In this document: one piece after another, positions 11,940-24,444 of the stretch
Numbering within the stretch: the stretch's first letter is position 1
Layout: every line of letters starts with the position of its first letter
NCBI GenBank assembly: GCA_021432655.1
Contig: MU271509.1
Coordinates: 1 to 51,574 of the forward strand
Length of the DNA: 51,574 nucleotides
Direction: 5' to 3'
From: Atractiella rhizophila
Lineage: Eukaryota
The notes under the pieces: model-generated
The model's input: only the letters and a program-made list of their open reading frames with translations
Told to the model about the DNA's origin: nothing
The model's database searches: none
Position numbers and translations under genes: made by a program

Positions 11940-14681
11940 CTACTCGTATTCATCGAATCCCTCTTCCTCTACACCCTCCTCCCAACCGCCTGCGTCTCCT
12001 TCCATAGCTTCCTCCACAACCGGCATTGCACCATGTTCTTGATAATTGACCTCCTCTTCCTCCTCTCCGGCAGCTGATGGCAGGGGAGCAGTCGACCCTT
12101 TCTTTTGCCTCTCGATCGCGGCAATGACATTGTTGGAATCGAGCATCCCTTCGATGGCTGCATAATTAATCTTTCGAGAGAACTTTTTGCGCATCATTTC
12201 TGTCGCTGCTTCGGCTGCTGTAGCTTGTTGAGTTCCAGCGGCGGCCGGGTCGCCAGGTTTGAGCTTTTTCTTGCGCTACAAATGGGCAATTGTCAGAACA
12301 TCGTCTGTACATCAGAAGAAGGAACAGACAGGTTTTCGTTTCCTCTTCGGTTTATTGATGCCCTCCTCTTCTTCTCGCTGTTTCTCTTCCCATTTCCCCG
12401 CATCAGCTTCATTCTGAGATCGGGAAAGCAAGACACACCGGCTAACTTCTCGAGATAATCCCGATTGAATTCCATCCACACCCTCGCCTTCGCCTCGGAT
12501 TCCTCTTCATCGAGTATGAACGCATCAAGCTCCTCATCGTCCAGATCGTCAACGTATAGTATCCCCTTCTCTTCTCCTGGATACCGCACTCCTCCGTACT
12601 CCCCATACCGCACTTCTCCATTCTCATAAGGTTGGGGGACGAGGAAGGAAAGACCATTGCCGGTATCGATAGCTTTGGAGGTGTCGACTGCTTTATCGAT
12701 TGCAGATACATTTGCAGCAGTCTGAGGTGCAGGAAGGGGAGCTTCAATGGTCTGTTCGCCCCTCGCCATCCGCTCTGCCTCCTCTTGTAACTGTCTTCCC
12801 AGCTCAGAGTCGAGGACGAATCCGACTTCCTCAGTCAGTGCTTCCTCAATGACAGCCTCAGTCGCGTCTTGTTCATTAGTCGTTCCGCTCCTTTCATTTC
12901 GTGGATCGTCCACTTGATCAGGAAATCCAAACGTCTGATTTTCAATGTCGTCTAAATTCTTCTTCTTTCCACTCTCTTCCGCTTCCTCCTCGCCCTCCTC
13001 ATCAGAATCCTCCCTCTTTCTCTTCTTCCCCCGTTCTCCATTCCTAGCAGCCGTAAAAGCAGGCGGGTCTTCCGCATCCTCCAACCACACGCTCCTAAAC
13101 TCCTCCACGCTCAACTTTCCGCTCTTCGAATTCTTGAACTCTTCCAACCGCTTCCTAATAGTTGCGTCTCCAATCTTAGCGACCTGAACGACCTCAAGGA
13201 CGCTCCTTCGAAAGTTATTCATCCTCGCTGCTAGGATGAGGCAGGCTCCACAGATGCCCGCCGGTCGACGTCCAGTTTGCATCCAGTCCCTGTCGAATCG
13301 CTTCACGAGCCTCGTCGCATCCTGGGACACTTTTGCGGTTTCCGAACCGAATTCGAGCAACGAGGCGAAGCGGGTGATGTAGATGGAAGGGTCGACTAGA
13401 GGAATGTTTTCCAAGGAGAGGGCTTGGACAAGTTTGAGGTAAGTGGCGCCAAGAGTGAAGACATTAACCTGTGCACCGGGTATCAGCTTTTTCCTTTGAC
13501 AGGAAAATGGCGAGGTCTCATGTAAGAAAGAAGGCTAAAGGAAGACAGACCTGCAAACACTCTGAGAAGTCGATCATCATATGGCTCGTCTTCTCCAGCC
13601 TGCATCCGACATAAAGACAGGCAGCTGCGACATAAACCGTCTTACGTCCCTATCCCCACCAGAGATCAGCAACATTTTCCATAAAATATCGAGGTTCAGA
13701 AAACATCTTTCTGCTATAGCGCTATAGGTGTTTGAAGACGGTTGATGTCAAGTTTTAGTGCCTTTTTGCAAGTGGGAGCTATGATCGCGTCAGGGAAGCG
13801 GGACGGAGGCGGTTCGAACCCCACTCAAATATTTTTTTCTCGCTTCACATCTACTAATGAAACTCCCACTTGCACTTATGGAATGTTATTTAGCTACAAC
13901 GGATTAGATTGAGGAAGAGAGCAAAGGCAGAGGAGCGTGCAATATGTCTTTTGACAAAATAGCCAGTCACGTTAAACGCCGTGATTATTTGACAATACTT
14001 CTGAGGATTGAGACAAGATGTTCAACGATGAATATAATTCTTTATCGTGACCTTAAGACTTCCGATTTCTCTGGTCAAGTCGGAATTCTTTCCCTGACCC
14101 TGCTCGCATCTGTAACGGCCATCGGTTCCACTCCTTGCGGGTACACCCGCCTCTCGCACTTTCACTCTCGCCCTGGCGGAGCGACACAGCAATGAAAACA
14201 AAAGAGACGCACCTTACAGAATCCCTGATCGACAGCAAGCGTATAAAACCTCGTTCCCCTCTCCACCAGGTAATCCGCCATCTTCAACGCCATCCCGACC
14301 TGAGTGATCTTCCTCCTCCCATTCCTCAACACAGTTTCTCTGCTCGACTGTCCAGCGTGGAAGGGCGCTTTTATTTGAGTCCTCACTATCACCACCGCAT
14401 GGACACAATTCAGCATTCCCGCTCACTCTCAAACTCTTATCCCGCAAATAACAACAACATAGGAAGAATAGAACAGAGGAGGAAAGCATACCTTGATCTG
14501 CTCCCACAAATGATCCAGTAACAATAGCAGCCCCCGTTGCAGCCTCTCCGAAGGTCACTTCGTCAGTAACAATGTCGTTCTCCTGCAGGACGATGCCGCA
14601 TTGCATGCAGATGGTCGCGCCTTGGGAAGGATCGTACGTTATCGAAGTGCCGCCACAGGCGAGGCAGGTTTGGAGACCCAT
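11940..14681 (-). CDS. BRF1: TFIIIB subunit Brf1
   Basis: Zn ribbon CLACG...CMQCG, cyclin repeats (GRKTVYVAAACLYVGCR, DWMQTGRRPAGICGACLILAARMNNFRRS), C-terminal KKFSRKINY. Includes a 563-nt intron at 13650-14212. Confidence 0.95.
13767..13874. repeat. Inverted repeat (12-bp perfect arms) enclosing a B-box-like palindrome inside the BRF1 intron
   Basis: TGCAAGTGGGAG (13767-13778) and CTCCCACTTGCA (13863-13874). GGTTCGAACCC at 13811-13821. T7 at 13832-13838. Confidence 0.75.
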
Positions 14682-15374
14682 TGTGTTGTCGGCTCTTGAG
14701 GCTTTGCAGTGAGCGACGAGGCCAGCACAGAGAGGTACGGGATGCTGAGCAGCAGAAATGAAAGGGTGAGTTTGCGTGAGTGGGAGGAAGAGTAAAGTTA
14801 GAACTACAGAAGGAAGTAAGTTGAAGTCAGCTGACTCTTCTGGAAGGTAAAATACAGAATTGAACTGGTATGCTTGTCAACGAGAATAATTTTCTGGATA
14901 GGTGGACATAATAGTGGTACATTAGTAACAAATGAATTCACATTTATTAGATTGCAGTCTTCTATGGCCGTCAGGTCTTCTATGCATTGTTTCAAGTTCT
15001 TACATACCACCAAAGTGGAAAGGGATGATTAATGAGGACCTTTAAAGTGTTCTGCACCAATGCGAGCGGAAAGTGACCAGTGAATGCAGGGGATCCTCCA
15101 CAACTTGAATCCGGGAATCGATTGAAACCTCTATCGACTTAACGACTCTAGATTCTTCGACAGACCAGTACTATGCCGAACCCACCTGATTATGAAGGCT
15201 GTTATCATTGGAGAACTGGATAACGGGCATTTCTGTCCAATGACACCGGGGCGGCTACACCTCCAAGCGGCAATGGGGGGATGATGACATGTGGGGAAGC
15301 TGGGACGAAGCCATGTTATAACATAGTGAGAATGAAATTGATGCATAGAAACCGCTCGATCAATACATGCAGGC

Positions 15375-15990
15375 TCATGCTCCCCTGGTACCAGCAGCTG
15401 CACTGACGGCACTATTCACCAATATCTGTCAGTAACCACACACTCTTGCGAATCAGAAAGAACGCACGCGGCGGCGTTGGCGTTGATCTTCTTCCCTTCC
15501 TTGTTGAACCTAATCCTCGGTGGAGGAGCTCGGTTCCTCCGTCCTTCCACTGAGCGGACACGGACGACGTGGGAGTGAATGGCACAGGAAACGCAGTAGT
15601 GACTGTTTCTCTCATCAGATCCCTCCAGAATTGTGGAACAGAAGGAAAGCAAACATCTTGATGTAGAGCTTGGGGAGGACGTATTCTATTGCCACCAACA
15701 CTCAGCCACATTCTTACGAGCAGGAGCAGCAGAAAAACGTACCGCTGTAGACGGAAGCCTCGGACATATCCCTAATAGCGGCAGTCTCAACGATATTCCT
15801 GACCGTAAACCTCTTGATGGCCTTGTCTTTGGGGACACAACGAGAGCAATTCGAGCATCGAACGCTCTTCACGTGTCCACGGCCATTCTTGTTGCGCCCA
15901 CCGTTTCGTCGTTTTTTCGTCTATCAACACAGTTCCGATAGCAGCATCAGTCTCGATTCGATGAGAGAGGGACAGGAGAGAGCGAACCAT
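15375..15990 (-). CDS. RPS26: 40S ribosomal protein S26 (eS26), complete copy
   Basis: [46 protein letters not shown]...[17 protein letters not shown]. Four introns. Confidence 0.97.
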
Positions 15991-16333
15991 TTTGGAAGTA
16001 TGGATCGAGTCGAGGATCAGACAGGAAAACAGAAAGCCACTTTGGTTACGACTGTAGTGTCGGAGGTTGTAGTATGAATATCGGTCATTCCGAACCTTCA
16101 ATCAAAATAGCCAAAACGAGAAACGACATAGCCAAAGTCGTCACAGCAGCTCCCAAGGCAAGGCAAGCAGACCGCCACGTCGTCTTTTGCGACCGTCAAC
16201 CATATATAGAAAGGGGGCTTGAAGTGACTGGCAACAGTTGGATATTGAACGACACGAGAACTTGACACGTATGCTGTCACCACTTCTCTTCTTCCAATCA
16301 GCATGCTGACGCTACGAAAGGACACAGGACGAA

Positions 16334-16750
16334 ATGTGGCTAACAGACGCCCAAAAAATCGGTGTGGGCCTCACCTCCTTCGGCCTGCTCTTCTTCTTCC
16401 TCGGCATCCTCCTCTTCTTCGACGCACCCCTCCTCGCGCTCGGCAACATCCTCTTCCTGGCCGGAATAGTGCTCCTGATCGGTCCACAGAAGGCCTTTTA
16501 CTTCTTCGCTCGAAAACAAAAGCTCCGTGGAACACTATGCTTCGTCATTGGGATCGTCCTCGTTTTCGTCAAGAGACCGTTCGTGGGAATGTGCCTGGAG
16601 AGCATAGGATTCCTCAACCTCTTTGGAGACTTCTTTCCCGTCGTTCTCAGCTTCTTACGACAGCTGCCAGTTGTGGGAAACTTCTTGCTGCTACCAGGGG
16701 TCAGGCAAGTGACGGATAGGCTGGCAGGTGTTAGACAGAGCCCAGTTTAG
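16334..16750 (+). CDS. GOT1: Got1 family Golgi vesicle transport protein, copy 1
   Basis: MWLTDAQKIGVGLTSFG...LLALGNILFLAG...GFLNLFGDFFPVVLSFLRQLPVVG, 138 aa with 4 hydrophobic segments. Confidence 0.93.
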   Translation: MWLTDAQKIGVGLTSFGLLFFFLGILLFFDAPLLALGNILFLAGIVLLIGPQKAFYFFARKQKLRGTLCFVIGIVLVFVKRPFVGMCLESIGFLNLFGDFFPVVLSFLRQLPVVGNFLLLPGVRQVTDRLAGVRQSPV

Positions 16751-17420
16751 GCAGGATGTGGTGGGGGATATGGATTTGGCTTGGAGTTCATCTGTGCAGG
16801 TTACGTATTGTATGAGGAGATAATGACACATTCTAGGTCTGTTCATAGTTCCAATCGCTGTTCCTCAACGGCTTGGACCTCTGCCTCTGCCTCCCAAGTT
16901 CACGATGGTCACTCATGTATCTGCTAACAACGAACTGCTGTGAACTGATGTCTTCGTTCCTTAGACGGATAAGCTAGCATTTCTACCTTTGTATGGTGCT
17001 ATGACGTTTTAATACCTTGAGATTTTTGAGACAGACCACATCCTTGAAACGTTCCATTTTTCCAACATTCCTCTCTTTCTTTGTCACAGTGCTTTGCTGG
17101 TATACCGACTTTATAGCTTCCCTTTTTCCCTCGTGAGAGCAAGAAAACAAGGAAAACACAAGAACCTGATGCAACTTGCACAAGCCTGCGCAGCCGAAAT
17201 TGTCCAAGAAGGGAATTTCGGGATCGTTCTCTGAACCTTCTCACGCGGCCCATCCATTAGTTTCCATCCGACGACCTCAAGGTTCTTCGCACTTGGTGAT
17301 ATATCCCTTCGCCCTCCCAACTCCCCTCGTAGACTCCCCAGAACGACCGACACTCTTTTCAAGCCTTTCCTTACAGCTCCCTAGACTCTCCCCTAGACAC
17401 CTGCTGCCGAGAAACAAAAA

Positions 17421-19035
17421 ATGAAGGCCTCTCTTTTCGCTGTCGCTCTCTCATCCCTTCTCGCCGCCACCGACGCTGCTCATATCACTGGTGGTCACCA
17501 CGCTTTGAGCCTTCACAAGAGGGGCACATTAGCTAAAAGAGGATTCCACGGACAGTATGTCTTCCTTCTCTCGTCCCCGACCTTGAACTTTTGAGAGGTC
17601 CCCAAAAAATATGCCAAGCCTTTGTACTGACCCCTGACTGACTTTTTCTTTGTCTGGCGGATGACAGAGCGACTTGGTGGGATGTAGAGGACTCCGAGCT
17701 TGCTTGTGGTGGATATAACAAGCTGACGGATTTCGTGGTCGGTGCGTTACACCAACCTTGGTCGCATCCCTCCTCACCTTTGAGTTGCTGATATGTTTGG
17801 TGGGTTGGACAGCTATGAACTTCCCTCAGTATGGAAACCCCAATGCTCGCTCCGTCCACTGCAACAAGAAGGTAACCATCACTTATCAAGGTCTGTCTCA
17901 CTTTCTTCGCTGCTTGATTGCGCAATCGTCCATGGTGCTGATGGTACCTCTTGGACGGAACAGGAAAGAGCACAACTGCGACGGTCAGGGACGCTTGTGC
18001 TGGTAGGACTATTTCATGAAGAAACACAAGGAAGATACTAATATTCCGTTGTGGCGTGAAAAGGATGCGCATACGGCTCCCTTGATATGTCTCCTGCTCT
18101 GTTCAAGTTCTTTGAGCCTTTGGATGTCGGAGTCTTCCAGTACGTCTCTCATCCTTCATTCAGGCTTAGAATGCTAAGTTGTGGTGTTTGCAATAGGTTC
18201 GACTGGGTCTTCGCGGATGGCTCTGGCGGTGACGACTCCGGCGATGACTCTGGTGACGATTCTGGTGACAATGAGGATGACTCTCCCAAGACCACTAAGA
18301 AGCCTGATCCCACTACGACGGAGGAGGATGACGAGCCCAAGACAACTAAGAAGCCTGATCCCACCACGTCTGAGGAGGAGGACGAGCCATCGACTACCAA
18401 AAAGCCTCAGCCCACGACGACCAAGGAAGAGGATGAGCCCACGACTACCAAGAAGCCTAAGCCTACCACGTCAGAGGAGGATGAGCCGGAGACAACGAGC
18501 ACGAAGGAGAAGGAGACAAGCACGAGGTATGCCCATTTCCTGTTCCCAGGAAGTGCAGCTTAATGTGTCGTTTGCTTTTAGCTCCAAGAAGCCCAAGATC
18601 ACCACGACCGCCTCCTTGAACTCTACCGCCACGGCCACCCACTCCTTGAACATCACCATCTCTTCCACTCAGTCTTTGAACAGTACCATCTCTGCGACGA
18701 ATTCCTTGAACAGCACCATCTCGGCTACTGGGTTCGTGATCGCACCCACTCTTGTTCTCCTATCTGCAATGCGTTCTATCACTAATGTCGTTCATCCATT
18801 GGATGTATAGCAACTCCACTGTCTCTGCCACCAAGACGTCTACCTCTATCGATGCCTCCTCCACCTCTAAAGTCCCCAAGACCGGATCTACGACTTTGAA
18901 GGGAGGCAACCTGGATAGCTTGAACCAGTTCGTGCTTGGAATGGTACGTCACTGATAACAAACATATGGAGCTGATAGATTTGATGGATACAGTCTGGAT
19001 TGATGGCTCAAGCCGCGAACAACGCCAAGTCTTAA
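17421..19035 (+). CDS. Secreted RlpA-like double-psi beta-barrel (expansin/loosenin-like) protein with T/K/E/P- and N-glycan-rich repeat tail, copy 1
   Basis: Signal peptide MKASLFAVALSSLLAATDA, GQATWW...ACG...VVAMN...CNKKVTITYQGKSTTATVRDACAGCAYGSLDMSPALF, PKTTKKPDPTTSEEEDE-type repeats and SLNSTIS repeats. Confidence 0.88.
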
Positions 19036-19835
19036 ACTGATCTTGGTCGCCGCTCGCACGAATGAGTTGACTTGACAGTTCTAGGTGTGGTCTGAGGAAA
19101 GGACAATACATCCCAATCCCACTTCTTTATTGCTACCATCCTTGTGAACACACTGTCTTTTCCCATTCTTTACCATCCATTGGATTTGCATTTCATCTGT
19201 CCACATTGACAGTCCAAGCGGACGTTTTCGTTTCGATTACACTACTTAATTCGTTGGATTGGATTCTTTGAGAGTTTCTAGAGTGTCGTTGCGATGGATA
19301 GAGGGAGAGGGTGTATTACATTTACATACATTTCATACACTTCACACATTTACATATCTAGTCAGAGTACCATCGCACATTTGAACTGATGCTCACACTC
19401 ACCCAGCAGCTCGAGAAGTAGCGAGAACTCTGGCGAGAGTGTAAGGGAACCACGTGATGCAAAAAAACAAGGTCTTCGGCGCTTTTCCGGCCCATCATCC
19501 CGTGTTATGACGTCGGGACCAAATGAACGGTTGCGCCTCAGAAGCTCAGAGCGGGAGAAAGAAACGACCATCAGTCCTCCATCTCCCATCTGCCGCAATC
19601 CATCCTCCATCAGCCAGTTTTCGCACTCCAAACTGAGTATGCCCTTGTCTATCTTTGCAAATGAGAGATTGTTGAGCTGACGTCGCGTCGATCGTACGAA
19701 ATGAAACCACAGATTGTATCTAAGTGAGTTTCCCCCTTTCCCCTCACTTCGCGAGAAGAGCTTTCGCGACGGCAGATGGTAGCTCAAGGTACTGATACCG
19801 TGTAGACAGGCTCACGCAAGAAATATCAAGACAAC

Positions 19836-20154
19836 ATGGCTGCTCCTCAGATCCCCGAAACGATGACGGCTCTCAAGTATTCTGAGGCCAGAAATTTCTC
19901 TGTCATCGTATGTCATGTTCCTCTGAGCTTCTGGAGGTACAGGGTGTGTCGCGTTGCTGATTCGCACTGTAGAACGTTCCCGTTCCTACGATCAAGGATC
20001 ATGAGCTCCTCGTCAAGGTTAGGGCTTGTGGTGAGTCCCTGTTTCCTCAGGAGGCGGGAGGGTCGCGCGGCGAGAAGCTATAAATTCTGTTCGCTGCAAG
20101 CGACTTTTAGCTCTTCAAGTCCGGAGGACCCTCTCGTCCTCCTGCTTATCGGTA
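19836..20154 (+). pseudogene. Truncated 5' copy of the Zn-dependent dehydrogenase (first two exons only)
   Basis: Same start as the gene at 24445, cut inside intron 2 at the duplication junction. Confidence 0.85.
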
Positions 20155-20595
20155 ACTGAGCGGACACGGACGACGTGGGAGTGAATGGCACAGGAAACGC
20201 AGTAGTGACTGTTTCTCTCATCAGATCCCTCCAGAATTGTGGAACAGAAGGAAAGCAAACATCTTGATGTAGAGCTTGGGGAGGACGTATTCTATTGCCA
20301 CCAACACTCAGCCACATTCTTACGAGCAGGAGCAGCAGAAAAACGTACCGCTGTAGACGGAAGCCTCGGACATATCCCTAATAGCGGCAGTCTCAACGAT
20401 ATTCCTGACCGTAAACCTCTTGATGGCCTTGTCTTTGGGGACACAACGAGAGCAATTCGAGCATCGAACGCTCTTCACGTGTCCACGGCCATTCTTGTTG
20501 CGCCCACCGTTTCGTCGTTTTTTCGTCTATCAACACAGTTCCGATAACAGCATCAGCCTCGATTGATGAGAAAGGACAGGAGGGAGCAAACCATT
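20155..20595 (-). pseudogene. RPS26: 3'-truncated second copy of RPS26
   Basis: Matches 15549-15990 and ends after VVRVRS at the duplication junction. Confidence 0.85.
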
Positions 20596-20945
20596 TTGGA
20601 GTGGAAGTATGGATCGAGTCGAATCAGACAGGAAAACAGAAAGCCACTTTGGTTAGGACTGTAGTGTCGGAGGTTGTAGTATGAATATCGGTCATTCCGA
20701 ACCTTCAATCAAAATAGCCAAAACGAGAAACGACATAGCCAAAGTCGTCACAGCAGCTCCCAAGGCAAGGCAAGCAGACCGCCACGTCGTCTTTTGCGAC
20801 CGTCAACCATATATAGAAAGGGGGCTTGAAGTGACTGGCAACAGTTGGATATTGAACGACACGAGAACTTGACACGTATGCTGTCACCACTTCTCTTCTT
20901 CCAATCCAATCAGAATGCTGACGCTACGAAAGGACACAGGACGAA

Positions 20946-21362
20946 ATGTGGCTAACAGACGCCCAAAAAATCGGTGTGGGCCTCACCTCCTTCGGCCTGC
21001 TCTTCTTCTTCCTCGGCATCCTCCTCTTCTTCGACGCACCCCTCCTCGCGCTCGGCAACATCCTCTTCCTGGCCGGAATAGTGCTCCTGATCGGTCCACA
21101 GAAGGCCTTTTACTTCTTCGCTCGAAAACAAAAGCTCCGTGGAACACTATGCTTCGTCATTGGGATCGTCCTCGTTTTCGTCAAGAGACCGTTCGTGGGA
21201 ATGTGCCTGGAGAGCATAGGATTCCTCAACCTCTTTGGAGACTTCTTTCCCGTCGTTCTCAGCTTCTTACGACAGCTGCCGGTTGTGGGAAACTTCTTGC
21301 TGCTACCCGGGGTCAGGCAGGTGACGGATAGGCTGGCAGGTGTTAGACAGAGCCCGGTTTAG
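20946..21362 (+). CDS. GOT1: Got1 family protein, copy 2 (same protein, a few synonymous changes)
   Basis: 138-aa translation identical to copy 1. Confidence 0.9.
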   Translation: MWLTDAQKIGVGLTSFGLLFFFLGILLFFDAPLLALGNILFLAGIVLLIGPQKAFYFFARKQKLRGTLCFVIGIVLVFVKRPFVGMCLESIGFLNLFGDFFPVVLSFLRQLPVVGNFLLLPGVRQVTDRLAGVRQSPV

Positions 21363-22043
21363 GCGTAGGATGTGGTGGGGGATATGGGTTTGGCTTGGAG
21401 TTCATCTGTGCAGGTTACGTATTGTATGAGGAGATAATGACACATTCTAGGTCTGTTCATAGTTCCATTAGCTGTTCCTCAACGGCTTGGACCTCTGCCT
21501 CTGCCTCTCAAGTTTACGGTGGTACTCATGTATCTGCCAACAACGAACTGCTGTGAACTGATGTCTTGATTCCTTAGACGGATAAGCTAGCATTTCTACC
21601 TTTGTATGGTCCTATGAGGTTGTAATACCTGGAGATTTTTGAAACGGACCACATCCTTGAAACGTTCCATTTTTTTCAACATTCCTCTCTTTCTTTGTCA
21701 CAGTGCATTTGCTGGTATACCGAATACCGACTTTATAGCTTCTCTTTTTCCCTCGTGAGAGCAAGAAAACAAGGAAAACACAAGAACCTGATGCAAATTG
21801 CACAAGCCTGCGCAGTGCGAAATTGTCCAAGAAGGGAATTTCGGGATCGTTCTCTGAACCTTCTCACGCGGCCCATCCATTAGTTTCCATCCGACGACCT
21901 CAAGGTTCTTCGCACTTGGTGATATATCCCTTCGCCCTCCCAACTCCCCTCGTAGACTCCCCAGAACGACCGACACTCTTTTCAAGCCTTTCCTTACAGC
22001 TCCCTAGACTCTCCCCTAGACACCTGCTGCCGAGAAACAAAAA

Positions 22044-23645
22044 ATGAAGGCCTCTCTTTTCGCTGTCGCTCTCTCATCCCTTCTCGCCGCCACCGACGCT
22101 GCTCATATCACTGGTGGTCACCACGCTTTGAGCCTTCACAAGAGGGGCACATTAGCTAAAAGAGGATTCCACGGACAGTATGTCTTCCTTCTCTCGTCCC
22201 CGACCTTGAACTTTTGAGAGGTCCCCAAAAAATATGCCAAGCCTTTGTACTGACCCCTGACTGACTTTTTCTTTGTCTGGCGGATGACAGAGCGACTTGG
22301 TGGGATGTAGAGGACTCCGAGCTTGCTTGTGGTGGATATAACAAGCTGACGGATTTCGTGGTCGGTGCGTTACACCAATCTTTGTCCCATCCCTCCCACC
22401 TTTGAGATGCTGATATATCTGGTGCGTTGGACAGCCATGAATTTCCCTCAGTATGGAAACCCCAACGCTCGCTCCGTCCACTGCAACAAGAAGGTCACCA
22501 TCACTTATCAAGGTCTGTCTCACTTTCTTCGCTGCTTGATTGCGCAATCGTCCATGGTGCTGATGGTACCTCTTGGACGGAACAGGAAAGAGCACAACTG
22601 CGACGGTCAGGGACGCTTGTGCTGGTAGGACTATTTCATGAAGAAACACAAGGAAGATACTAATATTCCGTTGTGGCGTGAAAAGGATGCGCATACGGCT
22701 CCCTTGATATGTCTCCTGCTCTGTTCAAGTTCTTTGAGCCTTTGGATGTTGGAGTCTTCCAGTGCGTCTCTCTTTCTTCATTCAGTCTTAGCATGCTGAG
22801 ATGTGATGTTGTCAACAGGTTCGACTGGGTCTTCGCGGATGGCTCTGGCGGTGACGACTCTGGCGACGATTCTGGTGACAATGAGGATGACTCTCCCAAG
22901 ACCACCAAGAAGCCTGACCCCACCACGACGGAGGAGGAGGAGGAGCCCAAGACAACTAAGAAGCCTGATCCCACCACGTCTGAGGAGGACGACGAGCCAT
23001 CGACTACCAAAAAGCCACAGCCCACGACGACCAAGGAAGAGGATGAGCCCACGACTACCAAGAAGCCCAAGCCTACCACGTCAGAGGAGGATGAGCCGGA
23101 GACGACGAGCACGAAGGAGAAGGAGACAAGCACGAGGTATGTCCATTTCCTGTTCCCAGGAAGTGCAGCTTAATGTGTCGTTCGCTTTTAGCTCCAAGAA
23201 GCCCAAGATCACCACGACCGCCTCCTTGAACTCTACCGCCACGGCCACCCACTCCTTGAACAGCACCATCTCTTCCACTCAGTCTTTGAACAGTACCATC
23301 TCTGCCACGAATTCCTTGAACAGCACCATCTCGGCTACTGGGTTCGTCATCGCACCCACTCTTGTTCTTCTATCTGCAATGCGTTCTAACACTAATGTCG
23401 TTCATCCATTGGATGTATAGCAACTCCACTGTCTCTGCCACCAAGACGTCTACCTCCATCAACGCCTCCTCCACCTCTAAAGTCCCCAAGACCGGATCTA
23501 CGACTTTGAAGGGAGGCAACCTGGATAGCTTGAACCAGTTCGTGCTTGGAATGGTACGTCACTGATAACAAACATATGGAGCTGATAGATTTGATGGATA
23601 CAGTCTGGATTGATGGCTCAAGCCGCGAATAACGCCAAGTCTTGA
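22044..23645 (+). CDS. RlpA-like DPBB expansin-like protein, copy 2
   Basis: Same exon structure as 17421-19035, one GDDS unit shorter, TGA stop instead of TAA. Confidence 0.86.
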
Positions 23646-24444
23646 ACTGATCTTGGTCGCCGCTCGCACGAATGAGTTGACTTGACAGTTCTAGGTGTGG
23701 TCTGAGGAAAGGACAATACATCATCCCCATCCCACTTCTTTATTGCTACTATCATTGTGAACACACTGTCTTTTCCCATTCTTCACCATCCATTGAATTT
23801 GCATTTCATCTGTCCACATTGACAGTCCAAGCGGACGTTTTCGTTTCGATTTACACTACTTAATTCGTTGGATTGGATTCTTTGAGAGTTTCTAGAGTGT
23901 CGTTGCGATGGATAGAGGGAGAGGGTGTATTTACATTACATTTCATACATTTCACACATTACATATCTAGTCAGAGTACCATCGCACATTTGAACTGATG
24001 CTCACACTCACCCAGCAGCTCGAGAAGTAGCGAGAACTCTGGCGAGAGTGTAAGGGAACCACGTGATGCAAAAAAACAAGGTCTTCGGCGCTTTTCCGGC
24101 CCATCATCCCGTGTTATGACGTCGGGACCAAATGAACGGTTGCGCCTCAGAAGCTCAGAGCGGGAGAAAGAAACGACCATCAGTCCTCCATCTCCCATCT
24201 GCCGCAATCCATCCTCCATCAGCCAGTTTTCGCACTCCAAACTGAGTATGCCCTTGTCTATCTTTGCAAATGAGAGATTGTTGAGCTGACGTCGCGTCGA
24301 TCGTACGAAATGAAACCACAGATTGTATCTAAGTGAGTTTCCCCCTTTCCCCTCACTTCGCGAGAAGAGCTTTCGCGACGGCAGATGGTAGCTCAAGGTA
24401 CTGATACCGTGTAGACAGGCTCACGCAAGAAATATCAAGACAAC

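Noticed and set aside
13714..13727. 14-bp perfect palindrome CTATAGCGCTATAG
   Set aside because: One palindrome of this size in 51 kb is not surprising; it matters only if conserved with the neighbouring element.
13770..13840. tRNA gene in the BRF1 intron
   Set aside because: A T-loop-like sequence is present but there is no proper T stem, D arm or anticodon arm; kept only as a B-box-like element.
15633..15941. 102-aa plus-strand ORF (also at 20239-20547)
   Set aside because: Antisense shadow of RPS26.
18280..18500. Regularly spaced repeats resembling a CRISPR array
   Set aside because: They are coding peptide repeats in a eukaryotic gene, with no unique spacers and no cas genes.
19362..19787. 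141-aa minus-strand ORF (also at 23971-24396)
   Set aside because: Non-ATG start, no recognisable motifs, overlaps the dehydrogenase promoter; repeated only because of the duplication.
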